A DNA stretch of 64,000 bases from Fimicolochytrium jonesii. Its lineage: Eukaryota. The notes beneath the pieces were generated by a model. It did not search any database, was not told where the DNA came from, and saw only the letters and a list, made by a program, of their open reading frames with translations. The stretch spans positions 124,001-188,000 of the forward strand of contig NW_026515697.1 in NCBI RefSeq assembly GCF_025526975.1, in the 5' to 3' direction. The first letter of the stretch is position 1. Each line of letters begins with the position of its first letter. The position numbers were made by a program, and so were the translations under genes. Of this stretch, positions 52,702 to 64,000 are shown piece by piece.

Positions 52702-55700
52702 ATGGCAGCCCCACCACCATACACCCACCCAGAAGCGGAACTCACAGATCCATTCGACTCGGATTCGGAATTATCCGAGGTTTCTGATGAAGACAGGCAG
52801 TCCATGGGCCCAGCATCGCAGCAGTCCGTTGTGCCCTTGCGGAGGAGGGCAGATGATGATGAGGAGGAGGAAGTTTTTTTGTCGGATGATGAGGATGATG
52901 TATGTATGTCCACTGTATTAGCGAGCCTTAGCACCGAGCGTAGCGAGGTCGACCAGACCGAGCGCTTTCCTCAGCGGAGCGAGCTTCAGATCTTTTGCGA
53001 GCGAAGCGAGCACCACATTGCGCCAAAGGCGCAAAACTCCCCTAACCGCATTTCTTAGCGAGCCTGGCGAGCTTCAGATCTTTTGCGAGCGAAGCGAGCC
53101 CCACATTGCGCCAAAGGCGCAAGACTCCCCACACCATGATCGTTGATGATGGTTGATGGTCGAGGATTGGTTGATTGGGTTGATGAGGTTGTTGGTTATC
53201 GGTGACTCCCAACTTGGCACTCACTCTCCGCTATCCATAGTCGGACCTAAACCCCGAAGACTCCGACGACGACGATTTCGACGAAGCTGAGACGGTCCGC
53301 GAAAAACGGGAAAAGCTCGCCAAGCAACGCAGAGCGGAGGCGGCGCTCAAGAAGGTCAAACCGGTCAAGAAATCCAGCGACGGCGCAGCCGCGCGGACGG
53401 TGCCGTTCGACTCGGTCACGATACCCATGGGCGATAAGTTTGCGATTGAGAAGCTGATCAGTTGGCGGACGGGGGTGGATGGGACCGAGGAGATCATGGT
53501 TAAATATAAGGTGGGTGTGGGCGCCGCTCTCCCGCTTTGATTTTCGTTTCCGACATTGCGCAAGGATTGATCGTTTCGCGTGGCATTTTGTAGAATATGA
53601 GCTATTACCATGCAGAATGGCTCTCCCGTCCCGCAGTCGAAGCGAGTCCCATGGGCAAGATGCGCGTCAAACGGTTCCTGGATAAGCCTGTCTGGGACAC
53701 GCAGAGCCAGTGGACGGAAGATGAACCGTTCAATCCTTCTTTCAAACTCGTGCGTTTTTCTTCCCTCTCGCTTTGCAGACACTTTGAATGTGTGGGTTGA
53801 CGCATACGTTACGTTTCGCAGATTGACCGTTTACTTGATGAAGGAGAAATGGGTCCCGGAGAAATCTTCTACTTGGTCAAATGGAAGGCGCAGACATATG
53901 ACAACAGCACTTGGGAGTCTGCGACACTAGTCAACCAGGTATGTATCCTGACTTCAACGGCTATTCGCTCCACAAGGCTGTTGCGATGCTCACTGGTTGG
54001 GCTTTCCATTCCGTCTTTTCTAGCTCGATGCGGAGAAAATCAAGCAATACAACCGCAGAAGGATACTTACGCAAGATAAAGAATCCAGCTATACACATCC
54101 ACCCAAGAGACCATTACCCAAGGATTGGCGGAAGATGGATGATTCGCCTGCGTATGTTGTATTCGCCGATCTCGAAAACCAGGGTTGGACCATCTGACAA
54201 AGAGTTGGTTCTACAGATATAAGAATGATATGATCTTACGGCCGTACCAGTTGGAGGGATTGAACTGGCTCTTGTTTTGGTATGTTAGGCTTTATGATCC
54301 TGTTTAGGTGATTCTAGTGTATGCTAACGCGTTAACGATTTCAAAGCTGGTACAACAGACAAAACAGCATCCTCGCCGACGAAATGGGCCTCGGCAAAAC
54401 CGTGCAATCCACCGTCTTCCTCGACTACCTCTACACCAAAGAAAAATTCTGCGGGCCCTTTCTAATCGTCACCCCGCTCTCCACCATTGGAAACTGGGAG
54501 CGCGAGATCAAGACGTGGACGAATCTGAATGTTGTCGTCTACCATGGCCGCGAAACCGCCCGGAATCTGATTGTTGAGACGGAGTTTTACTACCGTGATC
54601 AGAACAACCACATTATTACGGGGATATTCAAGTTCGACGTTATCCTGACGACGTACGAGATGGCCATGTCCGGCGCGGCCCAGCTCCGCCCGATCAACTG
54701 GCGCTGTGTCGTCCTCGATGAAGCGCACCGGTTGAAGAACAAGACCTCGAAAGTCGCCGAGATCCTCAAATCGTACAAGATGGACCACCGTGTCCTTTTG
54801 ACTGGCACGCCGTTACAGAACTCGTTGGAGGAGTTATGGGCCCTGTTGAACTTTTTGCAACCGGAGCGGTTTGTGCATGAAGCCGAGTTCCAGGCGCAGT
54901 ATGGATCCCTCAGCAGCGCGGCCGATGTCGAGAAATTACAAGCATTGCTGAAACCGCTCATGTTACGCCGGATGAAAGAGGACGTGGAGAAATCCATCCC
55001 CGTAAAAGAAGAAACCATCGTCGAGGTCGAATTAACCACCGTCCAGAAGAAATACTACCGCTCAATCCTCGAAAAGAATTTCGGATGGCTGAAACAAGGC
55101 CCCAGTAAACGCAACGTGCCGAACTTGATCAACACCATGATCGAACTGCGCAAATGCTGTATCCACCCGTTCTTGCTCAAAGGCGCCGAGGACCAGATCA
55201 TGAAGGAGAAACCGGCGGATACGGTCGAGCAGCATTTCCAGGCGCTGATTCAGGCGTCGGGGAAGATGGTGCTGATCGATAAACTGTTGGTGAAATTGAG
55301 GGCGGGGGGGCATAAGGTGCTGATTTTCTCGCAGATGACAAGATGTTTGGATATCATCCAGGATTATCTGCGGGGACGGCAGTGGCAGTTTGAGCGGATT
55401 GACGGTGGAGTGAGAGGGGATCTACGGCAAGCCGCGATCGACCGGTTCTCTGCGCCCGATAGCGAGACCTTTGTCTTCCTCCTCTGCACGCGCGCCGGAG
55501 GGGTCGGTATCAATCTCACGGCGGCGGATACATGTATCATCTTCGACAGCGACTGGAACCCGCAAAACGACCTGCAAGCCCAATCGCGGGTCCACAGGAT
55601 CGGGCAGAAACGCCCCGTGCAGATATACAGGCTGATCACGCGAAACACCTACGAGCGGGAGATGTTTGACCGCGCCAGCATGAAGCTCGGGCTCGATCGC

Positions 55701-58700
55701 GCGATCCTGCAACGCATGGATGGGGATGCGGCCATGGAAGGGTTCGACGCGTCCAAGCCGCCGTCGTCGCTCTCCAAAACGGAGATCGAGGAACTGTTGA
55801 AGAAGGGCGCGTATGGAGCCATGTTGGATGATGAGGCGTCCCAGCGGTTCTGCGATGAGGATATCGACAGCATATTGTCACGCCGGACGCAGGTGGTGAA
55901 ACATGACGCGCCGGCGGCCCAATCTGAAAAGGGCTCGATTTTTTCAAAAGCGACCTTCTCGGCGGGGAATGCGGATAATGTGGATATCAACGACCCCGAT
56001 TTCTGGGACAAGATGGCCGAGAAAGCCAAACTGGACATCGTCGAGCCGCTCTCCACCGAAGCGGAGCTTATCATCGATTTACCACGGCAGAGGCGACAGG
56101 TGCAGCGGTTTGGCGCCGAACGGCACGGGTTGACGAATTTCAGGGGGAGTCCGGTTGTCGAGGATGATGGCGATGAGTGGACCGCCAATGGGGGCGGTGC
56201 AGGGGCAAGGCAACACCGTGCCCAGGCGGAGGTGATCAAACCGTGGGCGCAGGCGGAGAAGACGCGGCTGGAACGCGCGATGATGGTGCAGGGGTTTGAT
56301 TCGTGGGATGTGATGTGCGGTAAAGCGTTGAATCGGAGGTTTCCGGAGGATGTGAGGGGGTGTGCGAGGGCGATGGTTTTGCATGGGTTGGGCTGTGCGG
56401 TGATTGATGCGGAGACGCTTGCGGATGTCAAGGGCGCTGTTGGACCTGAGATTGAGGAGTTTGTGAAGGACGGGAAGTTTGTCATTCCTGAAGTGCCGTA
56501 CCCGAACCCCTCGCGGAGGCAATTGGCCGAGTATCGGTCGTTTATGCTTGACGCGCCGCAGGAGTATCTGGACCATCTGGAGAAACGCGCCAAGAATATG
56601 TTGATGCGGGTGGGCATGATGCATTGTATTCGGTACCGCATCAAGCCGCAGAAAGATACACCTATGCCGAGGGTGGTGGGCGCCCCGCCGGCAAGTTGGT
56701 GGGGCCCAAAACAGGATCTGCATATGTTGATTGGGATCGCCAAGCATGGGTACGGGCAGTATGATAAGATACGGGCGGACCCCGACTTGTGCTTTTTGGC
56801 GCAGACGTTCGGCGGCGCGGAGAACAATGCGAGTGCGGGACAGCAAAATGGGGGAGATAGCACCACCAAAATCGAGCTTGACAGCCAAGACGAGGATGAA
56901 AGCAAGACCAACGACGAGGACGCGCGTGATAACGCCGTCAAAGACGAAAAAGACGATACCCTCGAATTCGACGATATGGACGACGACGACCCCGACGCCG
57001 GCGGCCGCGGGTCCGAACTCCCCTCCGGCGCCGGAACGCCCTCGCTAAACGCCACCGACTCCGCGGCCCCACCCCCTCTCAACGGCACCGCCAACGTCTT
57101 CCCGTCCCCATCAGACCTGGGCTTCCGTCTCCGCCGGATCATCGCAGCCTTCACGAAACAGCTGAACGCCTCCGCGCGCGAATCGGCTAAACAGAAACAG
57201 GCGTCTGAGAAAACAAGGTTGAAATTGGAACGCGAGCAGGAAAAGATTCGGGCGAGGGAGCAGGAGTATTCGCGGAAAGATAGGCAGGAGTTTCAACGCA
57301 CTTTGCTTTCGTATGGCGTTGATACGGTGCCGGGACAGCCGGATGTGAGGGATTGGACAAGGTTCAAGGAGCTCAGTTCACTGAAGAAGAGTCCGGAGGC
57401 GCTTGAGGTGTATTTTGGGAAGCTGGTGCGGGATTGTGAGGAAATTGTGAGGAAAGCCGAGGCTATACCTGATCAGGACGCGGATGTGACTGCTAATGGG
57501 GATGCGGCGAATGGAGACGCGACGGCGAGTGGGAATGGAAAGACCTCTGTGAATGGGAGTGCGAATGGGACTGGGAATGCGGGTTCGCAGCCGCAGCCTG
57601 TCGCGGGCGATGAGGAGAACGCGGACACCCAGGAGGATGTGACATACGACCGCGCGAAACGGATCCTTAAACGGGTTGACCAGATGAGGATCTTGAGGTT
57701 GGATGTGTTGACGCAGCCTCATGTGAGTTTTTGCATCACACAGTACCTGTGATTCGTTGACCAGTCTTGTCGGGTATGTTCATGCTGACGGGTGATATTC
57801 TCATTCTATTATAAGCTGGAGCAGAAGATTGGGCTGTTGAAGCGACATGGGCGGTCCGGGTTGCCGACGTGGTGGACTGCAAAGCATGATTTGGACTTCT
57901 TGAAGGGCGTTGCGAAGTGGGGGTTGACGAGGAATGACTTGATCATTGAGGGTATGGCAGTGGAGATTGCAGATGTGAAAATGCAAAAATTGTATGCTAA
58001 CGTGTATCTTCGCGTGATTGACCAGACCCCGACCTAATGTTCTACGAGCTCCACCAAGAATTCCTGGCCTCTCTCAAGAAACGCGCCTCAGAAAACCTCG
58101 GAAAAGACGAGCTAGTCGACGGCAAATGGGAAGACAAGTTCTGGATGCGCGAGCCCGTCGCCCTCCGCCGCTTTGACGCCCTCATCGAAGCCGCCATGAA
58201 ACCCTTACCCAAACCCCGGGGAAAGCCCGGCCGCAAACCCAAAGACGCCGCGTCATCGCCTGCCCCGCTGCAGAAGGGGCAAGTTACGCCGTCGGAAACC
58301 CCGACGAGGGGCCCGGGTGGGAAGTCGGTCAAGTTGAAGCTGAAGTTGGGGCAGACGCCGGAGGGTGGGGATCCAGGTGCTGGTGCTGCGGAGGCGGCTG
58401 GGACAGGCGACGGCACGGCATCGCGTAGACGGAAACGGGACCGGGACGCGGCAGACCGGGAGAGTCAGGTATTACCGCCGGCGGCGTCAAAGAAAAAGCA
58501 AAAGAAGAAACATCGCGAGTCGCCGGCTGTCGAGCGCCATCGCGATCACGACCGTGACCGGAAACACCGCCGGCGTGAACGTCGCCGCAGCGAGACGGGT
58601 TCTAGCGGCGACGACACGGACACGATGCTGCAGGCCGCGCGGCGCAAGACGGACCGCAGCCGGAAGAAGCGGAAACGCGATCCTAACGACTCGGACATCC

Positions 58701-59527
58701 TCTCTGACGACGACAGTGATGTTGACCTGCGTTTACGGTCGCGGAGGCAGAATGGGGAGAGTAGTACGGCGGTTGGAGGACTGGAGCAGAAGGACCGCAA
58801 ACGTAAACGATCTTCCGTGGGCAAACCCGATAAAGGCCACCATCGCGAATCGAAACGGAGGAAACGGAGTCGGTACGACGGTTCATCCAACGACGACGGT
58901 CTGCTCTCGTCCCCCATTTCGGACCTCTCCTCGCCATCCCTCTCTTCGTCCGACTCCGACTCCGACCGGGATCTCAAGCGCCGGCGGAAACACAACCACG
59001 CATCCTCATCATCATCCCGGAAACAACACCGCCACTCCCGCCCATCTTCCTCAAACGGAAGAAATAGCAAACGCCGCTCTTACTCCCCCTCGGACTCCCC
59101 CTCCAGTCTCAGCGACACCGATAGCGACGTATCACCACCGCCCCACCGACGCCGCTCATCCCATTCTCATTCACACCGCGAACGGGAACGGGAGCGGGAC
59201 CGTCACACTAACCGACGACGATCGCATCACTATGAGAGCGATCTGACCACTTCCGAAAGCGAGGTGGACCGGCAACGCAGCCGGAAACCGTCTTCGTCGT
59301 CTAAACACGCCAGACGGTCTGATGTCGGCGGTGGGAGTAGCCGACATGGTGGCGGGGTGCAGAAACGGGGAAGGGAGAGTCGGGGGCGGTTTGTGTCGCC
59401 GCCACCACAACCGCAACCGGCACAGCAGCCGCAATCGTCGAGTCATGGCGCGAATGGGGCTGGAAGATTAGTGGAGGACGAGCATATCTTTTCGTCGGGG
59501 AGTTTGAGTGAGGGGTCTTTGGCGTGA
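52702..59527 (+). CDS. Chromodomain-helicase DNA-binding protein, class III (CHD6-9/Kismet-like); multi-exon
   Basis: Tandem chromodomains (IEKLISWR...MSYYHAEW; YLVKWKAQTYDNSTWE); SNF2 motifs LRPYQLEGLNW, ILADEMGLGKT, DEAH, DSDWNPQNDLQAQSRVHRIGQ; CHD7-type post-helicase segment FCDEDIDSILSRRT...FSKATF...DINDPDFWDK; RS/K-rich tail. Confidence 0.92.
52979..53130 (+). repeat. Two 64-bp direct repeats (period 88) rich in GNA mini-hairpins, inside CHD intron 1
   Basis: GCGAGCTTCAGATCTTTTGCGAGCGAAGCGAGC(A/C)CCACATTGCGCCAAAGGCGCAA(A/G)ACTCCCC at 52979-53042 and 53067-53130, with 2 mismatches. Confidence 0.9.
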
Positions 59528-60649
59528 GGATGGATCACTTGACATGTGACGTATGGGGTCTGGACCATTCATTTCGCACCGGGAAGTGGAGGAGTAGGGA
59601 ATGGCCATGGATCAGGTTGGATGTTGTTTCGGTCTGCGGGTTAAGGTACCCGCCGACCTTATGCGCACACATCCCTACATTTTGTCCCCGACACTGCTTG
59701 AGATTATGCGTTTCTTTATGTCATAGTGGGATTGTTTTCTGTTGTGTAATTTACAAAAGTAAAGGAATGTTCGTATCGCTTTGGTAATTTATCTGATCGT
59801 GCGAAAGCGGGAAATCTACTTTCAAGTAGCTCTCTTCCACGACCGCCGTAGGAAATGATACACGGAGGTGAGATACCCATACAGCCATCTCGAACAGACG
59901 AGCACCGTGAACTGTATGTCGCCGTGAAGACATCTTTTCCTCACATGATGTGGCTAGGGGAGGGCCCGGCGCGTCGCAATAGACACCCATGTCAATCCAG
60001 GCTCATGACCGTACGCACTACACCGACGACTAATGTACGTTGGACGTGGAACAAGAGTCGGCACGAGTGTACTACGCCAGTCTTCCAGAGACTTGCCACC
60101 GAACCGCCCATACGAAATGTCCGCGGCAGGAAACCGCGCCATCGTCTCCACGTCCAGGGCACTAGAGTGTGGTGGGATGTACTACGCGACCTCTACAATG
60201 TTGTGGGATGTACTATTCGACCTCGTTCTGTGTGTCGGCCCTTCAGACCTCAGCGTGGCAGGGGATGACACCCCGGGGATCCGTTTTCCCGTTCGTCTGT
60301 GGGCCGCGCCAGCGGATCAGTCGGTATGGGGGCGCGCCGGGGCATCCATCCATATTCCATGCGGGGAATCTGAATGGGGTCCGTGGCGCTGAGGGACGTT
60401 TGGCCTCGGCGGCCACTATCCTCCTCTACGCCGGCGATCTCACACCCACTGGGCTGGCGTCGGCATATGGGATTTCGCAAGCGTGCGATGATGGTTTTCC
60501 GTCTACCGCTGCCTTGTCTGGATCACAGTATATGTCACTATGGAGCTTGCCATACCAAACCCCGTCACCGCACCAGTTATACCCCTGACGGCAGCCCTTG
60601 GAAAAGAAACGAAGGGGTCGCGTTTTGCGTACTGGCAAACATTCGGGCC

Positions 60650-62393
60650 TCAAAAGTTGTTGACGAGGTACAAATGCGATGGGTTGACGTCTTGCCGGCA
60701 CAGGGGGCATTCGGCCTAGATATCGTGCGAAAAAGTCCGGTGTCAAAACGGTGGGACTGTTCAGGGTTCAGTTTCCAGTTTTCCAAATCGCCAAAACGCA
60801 CCTTATTCTCACACCACCCAACAATACAACTCCAACAAAACACATGTCCGCATGGCGTCGCAGTCGTGTGTTTCCGCGGGCTCAGGCACAGCATGCATTT
60901 CTGCGCCGCGGCGGTGTCGGCGCTCGATGGGAAGTTGAGGGTTTCCCATTGTGTTGGGTCGTTTTCACTAAAAGGAAACGATCACAATGAGAATGCAATG
61001 ATGGTACGGAGACGAGCATACAAACGCACTCATTGTAATCGTCGCTGGAATTGTTAGATTTGGAGGTCGCAGAGGTGGAGAGGAGGGACTTGCGCCCGTG
61101 CAGGAACGCTTGGACCAATAACTGGATGGCGATGAGGACGCCAAGGACTTCGTAGGTGGGTTGTTTTTCGTCCGGGCGGAGTTGGCGCATGAAGATCTAT
61201 GGATCGAGAATCGGTTAGCGTGAGGTCGCCAGTACCCCACGTGTATATACAGAAAGGTGAGGGAGAGAGTACATACGTATCGAATCCCCAGTAGGCGTTT
61301 GGAGAGATGGTAGAAGGAGCCGGTGAAGTAGAAAAGGGCGAGGTGGATCGAGTGGAAGTATTTGGTGGTTAGGTCGCGGAGTTGGGTGAGGAGGGTTGTG
61401 AGGCGGGCGGAGGTGCCGGTGATGGTCGTGGGGTCAGATCTTGACGGGGCTGTGCGCTTGGGGTTAGAGACTGATGGCACGCGCATAGATGCGTATTTGA
61501 TGCTTTTGGGTGAACTCACCTGTTTGTTTCTTGAGCCGGTTGAGGAGCTTGGTGAGAGCGTACGGCGATACGACGTGGAGGAGGACGAGGATGGCTCGCG
61601 TCTGATGGTCAATGCAGGATAGGGAATATTGGGTCAGCTTGATTTTTGAGGCCCGAGGGTTGATTGGTTGATGCAAAGGTTGCTCGCAAACATCCAACGC
61701 TCGCCGGAAGTAAAAAATCCGACGAGCCGAAGTGAAAGACAAATTGCGTCTTTATCGCGCTCGGGTTGCCGTGAGCCAGATCGACCCCACGCTACTGCTG
61801 GCGCAATGACATCCCGCCTTGGGCGCAGGGAACGCCCTTCGCTCGCAATTCACTCCTCTTGTTGGTCCTCCCTGCCACTCGGTATTACACTGAATGGGCT
61901 TCGCCCGCTGGCGTCTCGCGTCCCCGTCCCCGAGTACTCGATCTCCTCGCGTTAACACATACCGCAACAGAAGGATACAGATTATTCCTCGTCTGCATGA
62001 GATCGCAGTACTCCTCGCCTAGCGTCCTGCTTCCAGCGGCGGTAGTAAGCCCATGATAAGTCAGGTCAGAAGCGACGTTGAGGGCATTCTGATATTTCAG
62101 CAGCGTCCGCGTTCCTGAAGGGTACAGGGAGACCGTTAGAATCACCACACAGATATATACACATAAACATATGTAAGGGCTCGAGCCATACCAAATATAT
62201 ATCGAAAAACGCCCGTGGCTTGCTCCTGGACTAGGTTCTGGTAGTAGGTGTCTTTCTGGTTTGCTCGGATGATGTCGGGCTGCGACGCGGCGGGGAAGGT
62301 CAGTACCGACGCCGACGCCAACGTCGGTGGTGGTACTGGCGGCGGCGACGGGGAGGTGGAGGAGGGAGCTGTGGTGGTAGTTTCGGCAGCCAT
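60650..62393 (-). CDS. PEX10: Peroxin-10 (Pex2/12 N-terminal domain plus C3HC4 RING); multi-exon
   Basis: [107 protein letters not shown]. Confidence 0.95.
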
Positions 62394-64000
62394 ATGAAGC
62401 AGGACGAAACGCTTGAGAGAGTGAGGGTGCTCGGTGCAAAAGAGAGATGCAAAATCTGCAAAAGGGGGTGAAAAGGGCCAGGGGGCAATCGGGAGCAGAA
62501 CAGAGCGGAATAGGGCGTGGGACATCTCAGCCTCTCACAGAACCCCATCCCCATCCCTCAGCTTCAAAAACCAACACAACCACGATCCCGCAGACGATGG
62601 TTGCTCCAGCAACAGGAGGACTACGCCGAGCACTACGCTACCTCCCGCTGCCTCTGGCGCAAGACGAACTTGGTATGTACGAGGTGTCAGTCCTGGACCA
62701 CCCACTGTTTCCGTGCTGACTTTCTGCATCCATCTCCAGTACGACTTTTCGCGTACCGCCTGTTGCGCTCGCGAACAAGGCAATGTGCAATCGTATCTTT
62801 GAGGGACTTCGGCTCGACGTATCCTTTTGTCGAGCAATCTGCATTTTTTTTTCTACTCGTCAGAAGTTTCTGGCGCTGAAGGCAGCGTCGGAAGTGAGCT
62901 CGGCGAAGTATCATGGCTTTCTGGCCGAGAGATTGTGGAACCTGCGGAAGGAGAGCCGGTGCAGAGGGCAGGGATGGCATTTTGTCCTCGGATCAGGAGA
63001 GAATGAGCCATGGTCTGGTCCGACGCAGTGGAGACTCGCTACATGAGTACATCGATGTCATACTCATTTTCGGCCATTCGGCCGAGCGCCCTGCTTGTGC
63101 GAGGAACGGGGCACAATCTCATCGAAGAGGAGCTGCGATAACGAAGGCGTCACCGTTTTGAATGCCATTTTGGGCTACGACACTTGCGCGCCACTGTCGT
63201 CCGCGAGTGGGTTCGGAGGTCATAAAATAGTGAGGGTTGCTCGGATCTCGCACAATCAACCGACCGGGCGAATGAATCCGTGGGGGGTCCCAGACCACGA
63301 CTAGTCCACTGAGGATGTCCGCTCCTACCATCTCAAACTCACAGATCGCAAGAAGTCGGCACTGGCCTCAATTGCTGCTAGATCGCCAGCAATTGATTGT
63401 ATACCGCTTCGCGTGAGATGGTTCACCCCACCTTTGCCACATGATGATATTTCCGCTAAGGATCATCCTGAAGGATACGACGAGTGCCCGGCATCTGCGC
63501 TGATTTCTTTCGAGATCGGCAATAGATGCGTCTTGCGGGAAGAAAACCCGTGCCACTTTTGAACGCCGTCACATATTTCGCTGAGGAAGCGGTTGTGCAT
63601 AGCGTCAAAACGGCAAGGCGAAACAGCCTGTCAGATGCTGGGCTCGCTCCTCGAAAGCCAACTCAGATGTGGGAATTCGCCAGCCGATCTGAGCATCTGG
63701 CCGTGATTCTAAGATACACCGGGTCTATCTTATCAGTCGTGCTTGTGGTCCCATTTCGACCCCGTTGTGACGCACACTATGGCAATGAGATGTGTTCACG
63801 GCGAAGGCGAGAAAGCGGGCGTTTTGGACATGCGCACGAACTCTCATACTCTACCGATCGTATACCTTGAGAGAACCAAGCCATGTTGCAAATGTCGGAA
63901 TAGCAAGGCGTTTCCGGGCGGTCTGGAAGACTACTATGGCTCGCCCCTGCTGTCGCGACCATTACCGCGTTTACCGGCTGTCTTGATGTCCTCAGCAGCT

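Noticed and set aside
52979..53130. CRISPR-like repeat-spacer interpretation of the intronic repeats
   Set aside because: Only two 64-bp units, inside a eukaryotic intron, with no cas genes.
55649..57154. 501-aa antisense ORF within CHD (and similar long antisense ORFs in the dynactin, PPR and ARM-BTB genes)
   Set aside because: Shadow ORFs of GC-rich coding sequence with no domain features.
59800..60600. Overlapping ORFs and a ~31-bp duplicated GTGGGATGTACTA..CGACCTC motif between CHD and PEX10
   Set aside because: No coherent gene model or recognisable domain.
62597..64000. Possible spliced gene divergent from PEX10 (ATG 62597, intron 62672-62740)
   Set aside because: The frame closes quickly, there is no recognisable protein, and the window ends; insufficient support.

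Overview
Gene-dense, intron-rich (GT..AG) eukaryotic DNA, most likely from a flagellated early-diverging fungus (chytrid-like). This is inferred from fungal-type SEC23, APE4, PEX10 and dynactin genes occurring alongside cilium/centriole genes (LRRC49, an MPHOSPH9-like gene) and a CHD7/Kismet-class remodeller. I reconstructed about 17 host genes or gene-like loci by hand. The best find is a 3.39-kb DNA transposon (2514-5903) with perfect 18-bp terminal inverted repeats and a perfect 10-bp target-site duplication. It encodes a decayed, intron-containing Academ/DUF6589-like DDE transposase with a C-terminal Cys-rich finger and no helicase. Other points of interest: a possible alternative-acceptor switch that would give APE4 a mitochondrial presequence after an ATG-only micro-exon; a choice-of-anchor-A secreted protein; a glutaminase-less asparagine-synthase-like enzyme with a Zn ribbon, head-to-head with an unlisted CHCH microprotein; a GNA-hairpin tandem duplication in a CHD intron; and an oscillating C-rich/G-rich synonymous-codon pattern inside host CDSs. 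All family assignments come from motif recognition by eye; no database searches were run.
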